DNA of 64,000 nucleotides from the human T2T-CHM13v2.0 reference genome, Homo sapiens (GCA_009914755.4 CP068257.2:44192001-44256000), one strand, 5' to 3'; counted from the stretch's first letter, positions 42,796 through 54,735 are shown. Program-made: numbers and translations. Notes: generated by a model not told the origin, from the sequence alone.

Positions 42796-44184
42796 GGGGA
42801 CACGTACATTTAAATCATAGCAACAAACATTACATTATTAGTTACTGTAACAATTCAAAATACCTGGAATTGTCAGTCACTGCATATTTTTATGCATCAG
42901 AATAAATGCATAAAAATGCACAAAATGCAATACCGTGGGGAATCTGCTCCCTTTTATGCAGACTTCAATATAGTAACATAGAAAAATATTTCATGTATAA
43001 TAGCAAGAAAAACAAACATGGTTGGTTACTATTTTTGCTAAAAAGATATAAAAACACAGGCCTACTAGACCAAAGTCTGAATAGGCAGATCTCAAGATAA
43101 CACATATCAACCGTGGTCCTTCTGGGTAATGATCAGTGACAGGTTTTTCTTTTGCATGTACACATATTCTATTTTTTTCTGTATGAACCTCCGATACTCG
43201 TTATTTTAGCTTCTTTCTTTAATAAGCAATCGACTGACTTTGCTTGGTCAGTAAGACATGCAGGACACCACACACTGTCTCTGTGCCTTGTCTGGCATCA
43301 GAAAGCTGCAAGCACATTGCGTGGGCCCCAGCAGGAGCCAGCTCAGCCTGTCCCCGACGAAACCGGGCCCTCTTCACAGCCCAGTGGCTTCTCTTTGCAT
43401 TCACATTTCACTTCTGCCTGTTGTGTGTGCTTTTCCCATTACCGCCCCTGAGTCTTGTGTAACATGGTGGGATCAAGGTAAGAAGCCTGTAACAGAACAG
43501 AGGGTGACTTTCTCCTACTCTGTGGCAGAAGTGCCTAGTTTGATGGGTGGAGCAGTGTGCATCCTGTACCTCCTCTCTTGGCCCCGAGTGTCTGGGCTGT
43601 GGGGTCCTGGGCTAGGCCTTTCCACCCCACCTACCTGGGGCACAGCTGGCATCAGGACCACATTTGAGGCTGCAGCTCGTCCACTCAGCTTTGCATGGGT
43701 CTTTCTTGTGGGGCAGACCTGGAACATCTCAGTCACAACAAAGAAGAAAACAGGGAAAGGAGGGAATTTCCAGTTCATGCTGTTTCAGGTACCTCCTCCT
43801 GGTGAGGAATAGCCTCATCCTGCAGTCCATGAGGACCTGCAAGAGCGTCACCAGCCAAGCCCAGGTCAGCCCCGCTGTCCGGGTAGGGACCTGCTTTATG
43901 CCTACGCCACCCATGGCAGACTGGCGGCAGCAGCAGCAAAAGCTCGTGTCTTAGGAGCTGTGTTGGGATTAATGCTGGGTCCTGGGGTTTCTGCCCCCAC
44001 CCACCCCTTCCTATTCCAGGGGCTTAGCTGCTGCGGCCGTGTGTCCTGCAGGCTCGCCGGGCTGCTGAGTCGCCCCTGTTGGGGGAAGGGGGTATTGAAA
44101 TGACAGCGCATGAGTGCTGGGTCCACCCTCCAAGGGCATGAGGGGAGCTGGGCAAAAAGTGGGTCACATGTGCCTGGCCCATGT

Positions 44185-44225
44185 CACGCGGCTCCCGCCC
44201 GAGGCCAATGGGGTGGGCAGCCTCC
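44185..44225 (+). promoter_or_regulatory. Candidate core-promoter motifs: a GC box, a CCAAT box and a GGGTGGG element
   Basis: gtcacgcggctcccgcccgaggCCAATggggtgggcag, with CCAAT at 44205-44209, lying 40-150 bp upstream of a candidate non-coding first exon. Confidence 0.35.
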
Positions 44226-44249
44226 CTCGGTGGAGAGCGAAGCACCACT

Positions 44250-44362
44250 CTCCTTTTTCTCCGGTAGCATCTCATCTTGTCTAAACGGGGAGAGTGGCCA
44301 TCTGTCCGATACCCACATCAAACCTGATCGTTCCCAGCCTCACAGAGCTGCTTTGTTCCAAG
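44250..44362 (+). other. Candidate non-coding first exon ending at a near-consensus 5' splice donor (ccAAG|GTAAGGg at 44362/44363)
   Basis: The donor matches MAG|GTRAGT at 8 of 9 positions; the exon has no ATG; it sits inside a repeat-free, CpG-retaining block; the start coordinate is a guess. Confidence 0.3.
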
Positions 44363-47300
44363 GTAAGGGATTGAGGGCCCTGGGTGAGCGGTCCGCGGGC
44401 AGGACGGTTGGCTGAGATTGGCTTCGACGGGAGTCCCAGGCAATGTGGCAGGCAGAGTTTGTGCTTGGTTGACTGTCGGGGAAATGCCTAGAGGAACCGC
44501 ATAGCCGTGCACGATGCGTTACGATGAAAAAGCGGAAATTGTGTTAGGTTTAAGCCCGCTCAGATGATGAGGCTCCCGTCAGGCCGGCTGTTCCACTAAC
44601 AGGGTTCCTTCTGAGGACCCATAGCAAGTGTCAATAATCTTCTTTACTAGTCGAGTGTTATTATTTATGGAAACATAAACGTGGCTTTACGGATGTTTAT
44701 CAATCAGAGATACTGGATGTGGTATGGGAGTGTGACTCTCACCTGTGCAAACACTGGTCACCCTTGTGGGGCCAGACTTTTCTGTCTGATGAGTGCCTTC
44801 CATCACTGCTTCTGTGGGTGAACGCTGGCCTCTGAACTGAACAGGTGATTACATCCCCGCCACTAGCGTGGGGTACTGAAGTCCAACATCCGAGTGAGGC
44901 GGGGTCATGGGTGCTGCCGATGGATGGAGAGCATGCACTTTTGCAGCTTGGTGCTTAAAATGGGGAAGAACATGATTCTCTTAACCTCAGGAAGGCCAGT
45001 GAGCAGGATTTCTGTGTGATGAAGCCATCAGGGAATGCATAATACTTCAAAATGTTGAGAAAATGATGCTGAGTTTTTCAGTTCATAAGTTACAACAAAA
45101 TTTTATATTTTCACCTATTGTAAATGAACTAAAGTGTTCCCTTAGCTCAGGATCCTTCTGGTGAACGTATTTTGGCAGTTGTGAGTACAATAGAGAGGGT
45201 TTGCAGTGTCTGTGTGGTGTGTCGACCATCGCTGCCATGTTTAGTCACATTTCCTGCTCCTGCTTGCATTTGCTGGGAAAAATGTTCCCAGAAATAGCTT
45301 GCCAGAGCCAAAGTCATAACGGAGTTTGATTTGAATGTGTCCTATCAGTTTTTCCTTTCAGAGATAAATATTTTAAATTTGTGTTTTAACTCGCTTTCCA
45401 GGCAAGTGGGTCTGTGACCAAGTTCATAGAAATAAATATGAACACTTTAGATTTTTAAATTCTTCTACATTTTAGTTGTATCGAATAGCAGTTGTACCCT
45501 TGATAACAAAAAGAAGCTTTTCTCTGCGTGAAAGTAATGCCTTTTGAAAACATTCTGCATTTAGGCTAATACCCAGTTCCTACCAACTACAGCCTTCAAA
45601 TGAATTTCATGTAATATTTCTAAAGGACTGTTTCTTACCCACTGCCAATCTTGAGGAAAGGGAATTTTTCTCTCATTTCATTAAGATGGGGTAGAAGAAT
45701 TTAATGTTTTTCATATTTATGATTATAAATGCTTCTTTTACGCTTGGGGAAAGTCCCACTTATTTTGATGCAGTTTTTAACATTATCTCCATTCTTCTGC
45801 TCCACCTGACGTGTATCCCAGAACTTGGCTTAATGGGAGCAATTAGTCATCGTATGTGGTCAGAAGACAGGGAGATGCCGCTGTAATGAGCATGCCTGCT
45901 CATGTTTAAAAAATTACAAAATCGTAGCCCACCCCCAGTCGCCTTTAGGGGAGAATGCGTACCGCTATCTCCAGGAACAAAGCATGCCCTGCGCGGCCGG
46001 TGCTACTGGATGGATATTCCTTCGCTTCTATCAGTGGAAGATATCGCTGTTCCTGCAGAAATAACGAAATGGAACAATGCAGAAGCAACAAGGTGATGTC
46101 CCCTTTGTACTTCTCAGAAGAACCTCCGTGCCTCCCGCCCCATCCGCCACTGAGTATCTCATGCAGCGGCGTGTCCTCTGGCACCAGGCAGGGACTGATG
46201 TTCTCCCTCACATTGGCCTCATTCCTCTGGGTCCTGACTCATTTGGGAACTGAAAGGGCTGCTCGGTGGAGCTGGGTTTGAGGATGGTCTTCCGCAAGGC
46301 CCTGCAGACGCCACACAGCCTTCTCCATGTGTGGGGTGTGTGTTATCACCCGGAGCTGTGGGCTCTGCTCGGAAAGCGGGGACTGGTGCTGCTTCTGCAC
46401 GGCCAGGACCTCGGCAGGGCAGGCGGCTGTCCTGCAGAGGCCTCAGGCGGGCTCAGGGTGTGCACCCCCCACAGCCGGAGCCTCCCAAAGAAACATTTTC
46501 ACCCCAGCTGAGGTGACTGAAGGGACTCAGGGCCACAGGCCGGATGCTATGACAGGGTCTCCAGGACCCCCGCATGGACTGGACCATCTGTGGGCAGAGC
46601 CAGCAGGCTTGGCCTGTCCTGCCGCACTCCAGCCAGCAGAATAGCAGTGGGCTTCCTTCTCCAAGCATGGGCTGCGGTGTTTCAATGAAATAGGACAAGT
46701 CAGTGGCTCTCCACGTGTGACCCCTGGACCCCCCTTGCCATCACCTGAGAACCTTCTGGACCTTCTGGATCTGTAAATTCTCAGCTTTCCTCCCCACCAG
46801 ACTATGTCAGAAGCACTGAGGTAGGGCCCAGCTGAGTGTCCACACCTTGCACCCAGGGCCAGGGGCACAGCCTGTGCTGTTCAGTGAGCCATCAGGTCAG
46901 ATATGAACCAGACAGACCTGTGGCCCAGTGACAGGAATTCCAGGTGCACAGGCCAGGGTTCTTATCACAAGGAAATGACACAGGGCCTGCCCCATCTGCC
47001 CTGATGCCGAGCAAAAGAGAGGCTCATGGAACGTGAGAGGAGAAGGGGCTGTGGAGAAAATGTGGTCCTGCTCGCTCATGGTCAAGGTTAACAGGAACCC
47101 AAGACAGAGGCTGGGTGGGAGGGACGTTGTGGCAGAGGCTGTGAGGCCTCCAGGGGCTCAGGAGAAATGAAGGGTCTGTGTCTCTGGGGCAGGAACCAGC
47201 CACAGATGGCCTTAGGGGAGGAGAGGACCTGGGGAGGGGTCTGGTGGGAGGCGGGGGTGGCTGGAGCAATCCCAGAGAGGCTGAGGTGTTCAGGCTGGCC

Positions 47301-47669
47301 CCAGATGCACACGAGCGTGAAGCCTGTTCAGAAGCCAGCTCCTCACACCCTCTCCCCTGCCAGAGGCTCCAGCACCTCCTCCCCTCTCCTCTCCCCTCCC
47401 TTCCCTGTGGTCCTCCTGCCCACCCCACCCCCGTCTGCATGTGCACCGTCACGGAGATGCGTGTACTAGGGCGGAGGTCGGGGACAGTCGTCAGAAGGAC
47501 ACAGGAAAGAAGGGAACAGGAATCCCATAACAGAACATTATCCGGCAGGAGTAATTAACACAGGCAGGACTGGAGGCTTTGTTTTGTTTTGCTTAAAAAA
47601 CAGTGGTATTTAAATTAATGGGCATGGGAAGACTATTCAGTGAAAGACATCGGTCATTGAGGTATCTAT

Positions 47670-49012
47670 TCAAAAACACGGTTTAGTACTCTGCCACACA
47701 CCGAACGCAACGCCACAGCAGCCATAGAAGCGTGTGTGGCTGTTTAACGTGGTCTTTTTGGGGAGGGCATCCTAGGCAGAGCAGGCGTGGAAGGGAAGGC
47801 GGCGGACGGAACAAAACGCGGGCACGCAACGGCTGCTGCGCCGGATCTGAGGCAGGGCCAGCCTGTGGGAGCAGCAACATCGCTCGCAGGACAGCGATGG
47901 AGCCCCCACGAATCAGCGTGAAAGCAGCAACCACCTAGAAATGAACGTACAGCTGCTTAGAAACAGAATACGGATGACCCGAAAGACTTCCCGATGGTAG
48001 TCACCAGCACACAGGACCTGGCACGGGCGTGCGGGCAGGGTGTGCCGCTACGGGGTCCCTGGCGCACCTGCTACCCCTGCTACCCGCATTCACCGCACGC
48101 GGAGGGTGCGGGCCGTGAAGGTTATACATGCAAATATCCTTCCACCAGCCAGTTCTCCTTCCAGGAATCTGCCACCCGACCCTTGTGTTGTGCACAGACA
48201 TGGTCCAGGTGTTTGCGACGTGATTGTTTATCAGAGAGAGAGAAGGGAAATCTCCAGGCTCGCTGTAGCTGCAGGAGCTCTGGGGGCTGCGCCCATCGTG
48301 GAGACGGATAGCTGTCTCTCATGAACACAGGACAGCAAGTCCGGCTGCGGCCACAGAAGACTCGCCCTCCTGGACGCAGCGTCTTCCTTCCTCAGCCCCA
48401 CACTGGAGGTGGCCAGTGCCATCCACAGCAGAAGGGGCCAGCCGGGACCAGGCTCACGCCGTGGAATTCTGCTCTGTGGTAAGAGGAAGAGCGATAGCTG
48501 GAACCCAGCGCCGTCGCACACACAGCGGGGAAGAGTCTCAGAAATGTTACTTTGAGTCAAAAAGCTGGACAAAAAAAGGCGCAAGCCAGATGGTGCTGAA
48601 GAGGCCACAGGAGGCTGGCAGCCAGGGGGTCTGGCACCTCACTCGGAGGCGCAGTGGGCCCGTCCGGAATTAGTGGCCATGCGGCAAGTGCCGAGTGGAC
48701 ATCAAACCGTCACTTCAGACTCCTGCGCTTCACTGCCTGTCGGTTATGCCTGGGTTTTGAAATCAAGTCACAGAACACCTGGAATGTGGTGTTTACGCAG
48801 AACAAAGCGGGTGCCTCGGAGGAGAGAGCCCAGGGACAGGGGCACCTCCCGGTGTGGGTGCCCAGGGTTGCAGGGTGGCTTCCTCTGTCTGCGCGGTTTT
48901 CAGAGCCCCAGGGTCCTGCCTGCCCGGCTGCCTGGAGGCGGCCCACATCCTGCTCTGCGCCGCCGAATCTCAGCCTGAACAGCTTCGCTGGTGTTTGTGT
49001 TGACTTATTTGT

Positions 49013-49044
<32 letters not shown>

Positions 49045-49920
49045 AAAGGATTCCGATGCTGTTACAGTCAATAAAAGCCACAGGTCTGGGTGACCTACAA
49101 ATGTGTGTGTCTGACTTTCTGCAGTTTAAATCGCCACTGAGCCTTAGGGCGTCTGGCCCGCGCATTGAGGAATCCACGTGGGTCTCGGGGTCCCCATGCC
49201 TGCCCAGCTCCCTGCTTCAGCCTGGGCGGGTCTGGCGGGCATTTCTGCGAGCCTGTCCCTGGGCCCGCCTCCTGGCCAGACTTCCAGAAACATTGTCCAC
49301 ATCCCCGTTGCACGTCCCCCCGTCACCGGAAACTGCAGCCCACAGCACTGGGAAGAACGCGGGAGGCAGGCGTTAGGACGGGGTGGCCGAGACAGGGAAG
49401 GGAGCCATGGCGGACGTCCTCACCCAAGCCAGGGCTTCCTGCCCCTGTGGTACTGACAGGAGCCCCGCAGGACGTGGGGTTGGCTTTGGGCAGCTCGGTG
49501 GACACTTCTCTTTCAGATCCTGCCACAGCAAAGCTCACGAGACTCACTTCTTCCCATTGGAATTCAGTAAGAACAAATTCAACAATTCAGACGCCCCAGC
49601 TGGAGGTTTATTTTATGGATTTTACCTGTGCGGTATTTAGGGTTGTGTTTATGAATAAAGGTGTGCGTTCTGGCAAGTAGAAATACAGAGCTTGTCTTTC
49701 ACCCAAGTATCTGTAACTTTCTCCAGTGCAGACACTAAAATGCAATAAAAACAAACCAAACCCATTAAACATGAATTAGATGAGGCAGGCTGATGGGAGG
49801 TTGTGGGATTAACAGGCCGTCAGCGGATTGAAGCTGCGCACATCGCTGGGATGCTGCTGCGGGAGGATTCGGTCTAATCCGGGAGCATCTGGCTGGGCAG
49901 TGGGCAGCGTCTGCAGTCGT
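47670..49920. promoter_or_regulatory. Classical CpG island of about 2.2 kb with a T26 homopolymer embedded at 49015-49040
   Basis: GC roughly 58-60% with very dense CpG; my approximate hand count is more than 70 CpG per kb in 47.7-48.7 kb, so observed/expected is near 0.8; examples ccgaacgcaacgcc, ggcggcggacggaacaaaacgcgggcacgcaacgg, caccgcacgcggagggtgcgggccgtg; no interspersed repeats inside. Confidence 0.7.
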
Positions 49921-51584
49921 GGCTGCTTGAAGGTATGAAGGTTGTGGCCTTTGCTTCCCCCCATCAGGCTGCCCCACCCTGGACCCCACCCAGACCCCTC
50001 GGGCACCCTGGGGTCATCTTCAGCTCCCCCTTCTCTTCCTTCCTTCTCTTCCGCCTGGGCCCCTACTGTGACCCGAGGTCAGCAGAGGACCCTGGCAGGT
50101 GGCTGCTCCCTGGGACTCGACTGTGCAGGTGAGGCTTGGGGTGACCGCTGCTCCTGCTCCTGCTCCTCTCGCCGTCCCCACCCTCCTCCATCATGCTGTC
50201 AACATGCATGTGGGCTGCAGCCCTCAGCCTGCAGGACGCTGTCAGTGCAGCTCCTCAGTGGCCAGGGCAGCTCCACCACTGGGAGGAGATGGGTGTGGAG
50301 ACCTCGGTGGACAGAAGGGCAGTGGGGCCTGGGGAGTGTGACCCCAGGGCCCCAGGGCCTGTCCCCTCGCCACCAACGTTGCATGCCACCACACCTGGCA
50401 CCTCTTTGGATCCCTGCAGCCCTGATCACAGAGCTGCGTATGCATTCCCTCGCAGGCAGGGCCCACCAAGGTGCTGTGGCCGCACTGGGGTTTAGCACCA
50501 GTGCCTTCAAACCAGTGGTGCCTGGCCCAACCACTGACTCACACTGTGCTTAGCTTTTTAGTCGGATTTTTTTAGCTGTTAGTCACACTTCAGACTTTAA
50601 TTTTTTGTGTATGTTTCTTATCTAAGTTATCTTTATTTTTATTGAATTTATTTTTGTTCATTTATTTTTTTAGTTGTAATGTTATCGCTTTATCTTAATC
50701 TTCATAAATCTATTTTAACTACTTTTATCATTTATTTATCTTGTATCACTCATTTTATTCCCTTTAAAGTTTTACTCAACATTTATTATCTTCTGGGTTT
50801 TTCTTAGTGATTTTTTTTCTTTTGGGAAGATTCTTAATGGTTTTAGTTGCTTTAGCTTATATCTTTTTTAAGGAGATATTTTTAGCAGATACCATTTGTC
50901 ATATTCTTAAAATATTAAGACGCTGAAAGAAATGATTTGCTAATCTAATTTTAGCTTATTTTCCTGTCATAATAGAGTGGTCTATCATCTTACCTGTGAT
51001 GACGAATGAGTCTCCTAAAAACATTAATTCATGCATCCACGGGACCTGCCAGCCCCATGCACACCCTTCCTAGGGCAGCAGGGAGGCCGGGAGCTGCGTC
51101 TCCTGCTTCCCTCCTCCCCAGCCCTCCATGGAGACACTCATGACCACCGCCTGCAGCCTTGTGCGGCCAGACCCGGTTGGGAGCAGCTCTGGTTGGCTGG
51201 AAGCTCCTGGGGTCTGAAGTGATGAGGCCTGGCCCTGCACCCCGGGCTCTTCCTGTGCACAGCAGGGTTGACTGGGAGGACCAGAGGGTCCAAACCCTAC
51301 TGCCACTGCCCACCGCCTGCCACGCGACCGTGGGCCAAGCCACTCAGTGCCTCTGGCCTCTGGCCTCTTTCCCCAGCTGCGTGTGTCCAGCTAGCAAGTT
51401 TGTGAGTAGTGTTACCCTGTTTCTGTTCCCACCACACTCATCCTGTTCTGAAGGCAGAGGGGATGGTGAGTCTTCTTAGGACAGGGAAGTCAGCCCTCTC
51501 ATGCGCAGAACCCCTGTGGCACCTGGCCGGCCTTCACACCAGGTCTTCACACCCCTCATGAGACCAGCCAGGAAATGGGGGCCC

Positions 51585-51985
51585 CCAGGGGAGGCTGTAT
51601 AGCCCAGTGCCAGGGAGAGCCCAGCACCCGCTGGGGAAGGCCATGCAGCCCAGTGCCCGGGAGAGACAGGAACCCCCTACAGGAAGGCAGTGCAGCCCAG
51701 TGCCCAGGAGAGATGGGAACCCCCCAGGGAAGGCCGTGCAGCCCAGTGCCCAGGAGAGATGGGAACCCCCCAGGGAAGGCCGTGCAGCCCAGTGCCCAGG
51801 AGAGATGGGAACCCCCCAGGGAAGGCCGTGCAGCCCAGTGCCTGGGAGAGACAGGCACCCCCCAGGGAAGGCCGTGCAGTCCAGTGCCTGGGAGAGACGG
51901 GCACCCCCTTGGGAAGGCCGTGCAGCCCAGTAACCCCCAGGAAGGCCATGCAGCCCAGTGCCCTGGAGAGCTGGTGCCCTGTGAC
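51585..51985. repeat. Minisatellite, about 8 copies of a 46 bp unit (cagggaaggccgtgcagcccagtgcccaggagagatgggaacccccc)
   Basis: caggga recurs at 51725, 51771 and 51817, an exact 46 bp period, with degenerate copies at both ends; this explains the 169-194 aa proline/glycine-rich ORFs on both strands. Confidence 0.9.
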
Positions 51986-54404
51986 TGGGGTGGGGAAGGG
52001 GCTACGCGGGGCTTGCCTGAGTCCTCCTCCCTCCACCCGCACCCAGAGACCTTCATGGGAGACACCTCCTCTCCAGGACCCCAGGGGCAGGGGTGATACT
52101 GCAGAGGTGGCTCTGGGCTTCCTCCCCCTCCCCTGCCAGGTTCTGCTTCACTCTTGCAGCCTGGGCAGGGGCGTGGGGTGTGGAAGGAGAAGCGAGTGGC
52201 CCCTTATCTTCAATCCTTGCTGGAAGCTGCAGTCCCTGAGCCTAACCGGGCCACAAGAATGCAGAACCAGCTGAAAAGAGGCCAGGGCCACTGCCCTCTC
52301 CCCGCCCTTGGCGCCAGCATGGCGGCCACGATCTTTCTGGTGCCGCGGTCTCTGACTCTGTGGGAAGAAGCATCCCCGGACTTGCCTCTCTCCTCAGAGC
52401 CCCAGTTCCATGGAGGGAAGGTGGCTTCCATGCCTGTCTCTGGGAGTTTTCCTTAAGCAGCTCCTGGAAGGGTGCAGTGGCGTCTCCTGCTGCGGTGACA
52501 GTTCCCCTGGGATGTGGAAGGTCCCAGGCTTTGGAGAACTCTCCCGGAGCAGAGGCCTCCGTCCCCCCAGGGGACGGGCTGGGCTCCGATTTGGGGGCCC
52601 ACATGCATGAGTGAGCAAACACCCCAGAGGGTTGGGAGAGCGTCCGTTCGTGCTGGCGGCAGCTGTGTGCTGATGCTCCAACATGCTCCGCCTGGGCATC
52701 CCGCACGCCTTAAGTGAGCTGGAGAGGGGTGTGGACGAGGATGAGGGCTCTCCTGGGGTGAGGGTCCCTCTTCAGTGCCACATCCATGCAGACCCGTGTA
52801 GACCCAGGCTTTTTCTCCATAGCCAGGTGGGCTTTATTTTTCCTTAAACATCTTAGGTGGTTCTCAAGTAATCGGAGGCTCGTCTGCTTTTCATGCTAGC
52901 GGTGCAATGCCCCATTTTATCGTGTGTCTAAAAGGCGTCCCTGGTCCCGCATTTTTCCTAGTTTCCTCAGTTACCTCCTGTGACCATTTGCTGTAATGAA
53001 AGCTGGAAGGAGAGCTCCGTGCTGTACCCACCCACTTCTGTGAAAAGTGGGAACAAGAACACAGATTTGGAACCAGTGCTGTGCTTTTGTGTTTTGGTAA
53101 ATTGTCTTTACCTTCCCTGAGCTGTTTTCTTCCATTCCTGCGGGATTGGATTCAATTCTATTTGATGGTGATGGCTGTGGACAGTACTAAGTGCCCTCCG
53201 AGCTTCTACAGTGGAGCAGCCTGCTCAGTGTCCAGGCCCCGGAGCCCGCGTTGGGGCTGCGGTCCCAGTGCCCCTGCCACTGTGTGGCTGTCGGCATGGT
53301 CCAGCTGGCCTGTGGCTTCGGTGCTTGGAGGGCTGTGGCAAGGGCTGTCTGTGCCTGGCGCGTGGTAAACATTCTATCAGTGTGTTGTTTATTATTATTT
53401 GTATGGTTATTGGGGTTCTCCTTTAATTTATCAATTATGTTGACAGAATTTGTGATATAACGATGCCCATCCATTCCTAAAATGAATCCCATTAAGATAT
53501 TGTCTGATTAGTCTTCATATATACTGCTGATTGCATTTGTTCATATTTGATTTGGAACATGAGTTGGAATTTCTGTCTAGGTAGAAGCTGGAATTGCTGG
53601 GTCACAGCATGCGCCCACCATCAACCTTCCTGGGTGGCACCGAGTGGCTTTCCTCGGTGATACGGGCGAGCGGGGCGGGTCATCTGGTGTCATGTGCTCT
53701 CCCACGCTTCCTGGAGCAATTTTTGTTGGGCTGTGTCTTTACCTCTGGGGGCTGTGGGGTGTGTGCTGCGACTTTCTCCTGCCTCTACCTCCTGGCTGAT
53801 GCGCTCACTCCACTGCCCTTTGGATCACGGATTGGCCATGAGGGTGTCCCTCTGGGATGTGCCTTTTCAAGACCTCTGCCCACTCCTCTGTGAGCAACCC
53901 AGAAATATTCTCTGCATAGGAACCCCTTGTCATTAAACAACTGCATGTACCTTGTTTCACTTGTGGCCTGTATTTCTGTCCCCTCACAGTGTCAGTTGAC
54001 CCAAACAAAATCTTAATTCTAACGTGGTTTATCATTTCAGCCTTTTTCTTAACAGTCAGAGCTTTCTGGTGTCTGAAAACTCTGCCCTTCTCCCCCGCCT
54101 CCCAGCTCTGTGTAAATCTCCCCTGCCTCCCAGCTCTGTGTAAATGGTGTCCTGTGCTGTCTTTCAGACGCTGTGTCGTTTATGCTTCCCCTTGAGACGC
54201 ACAGCACCCAAGTCCACGTGAGGGTGGATTGATGAGGGGGTTCAGGTTTCATTTTATTCACCTGCCCGTGCAGGGGACCACGCGCTGGGTACTGAAAGGC
54301 CTTCCGCTCTGCCCATGTCTGTGCGCACCTGTTTTTCATGACCTTCTGTTGAATTATTCCATGGTCTACATGTCTGGTTTTTGTTGTTGTTGTCGTTGGG
54401 TTTT

Positions 54405-54658
54405 CTTGTTTGTTTGTTTTTTGAGACAGGGTCTCGCTCTGTCACCTAGGCTGCAAAGCAGTGGTGCAACCTCAGCTCACTATACCCTCCACCTCCCAGG
54501 CAGCTGGGACTACAAGCGTGCGCCATCGTGCCTGGCTAATCTTCAAATATTTTGTAGAAACAAGGTCTCCCGATATTGCCCAGCCTGGGCTCAAGTGATC
54601 CACCCGCCTCAGCCTGCCTAAGTGCTGGGATCACAGGCGTGAGCCACCACGCCCGGCC
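54405..54658 (-). mobile_element. Alu SINE, reverse orientation, with a long T-rich tail at 54378-54421
   Basis: gagacagggtctcgctctgtcacctaggctgcaaagcagtggtgcaacctcagctcac ... cctcagcctgcctaagtgctgggatcacaggcgtgagccaccacgcccggcc. Confidence 0.9.
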
Positions 54659-54735
54659 CAGGCTGGGCTCAAGTGATCCACCCGCCTCAGCCTCCCTAAG
54701 TGCTGGGATCACAGGCGTGAGCCACCGCGCCCGGC
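54659..54735 (-). repeat. 77 bp tandem duplication of the Alu end (caggctgggctcaagtgatccacccgcctcagcctccctaagtgctgggatcacaggcgtgagccaccgcgcccggcc)
   Basis: Near-identical to the 77 bp immediately upstream at 54582-54658. Confidence 0.85.

Larger units (their letters stand above)
44100..46200. promoter_or_regulatory. Repeat-free block that has kept CpGs despite only moderate GC (about 42-45%); probably constitutively unmethylated in the germline
   Basis: My hand count gives roughly 50-60 CpG in about 1.9 kb, against an expectation of about 15-20 for bulk human DNA of this base composition; no Alu, L1 or LTR inside; examples of CpG-bearing stretches: cgatgcgttacgatgaaaaagcgg, gtcgaccatcgctgcc, atgcgtaccgctatc. 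Confidence 0.45.

Noticed and set aside
49015-49040. T26 run as the poly-A tail of a minus-strand retroposon or processed pseudogene
   Set aside because: The sequence to its right is CpG-island-like unique DNA without SINE, LINE or SVA hallmarks or a target-site duplication. Read on the minus strand, no AATAAA precedes the A-run. It is more likely a homopolymer microsatellite inside the CpG island.
47670-49920. CpG-rich block read as an SVA element (a GC-rich VNTR with a poly-A)
   Set aside because: There is no CCCTCT hexamer run, no Alu-like segment, no SINE-R (HERV-K-derived) sequence and no clear internal tandem periodicity, and the T-run sits in the middle rather than at an end. I kept it as a CpG island, but RepeatMasker should confirm.
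51556-52274. ORFs of 108-194 aa rich in Pro, Gly and Gln on both strands
   Set aside because: They overlap the 46 bp GC-rich minisatellite and its GC-rich flanks; the codon periodicity follows the repeat and there are no start or stop context signals.
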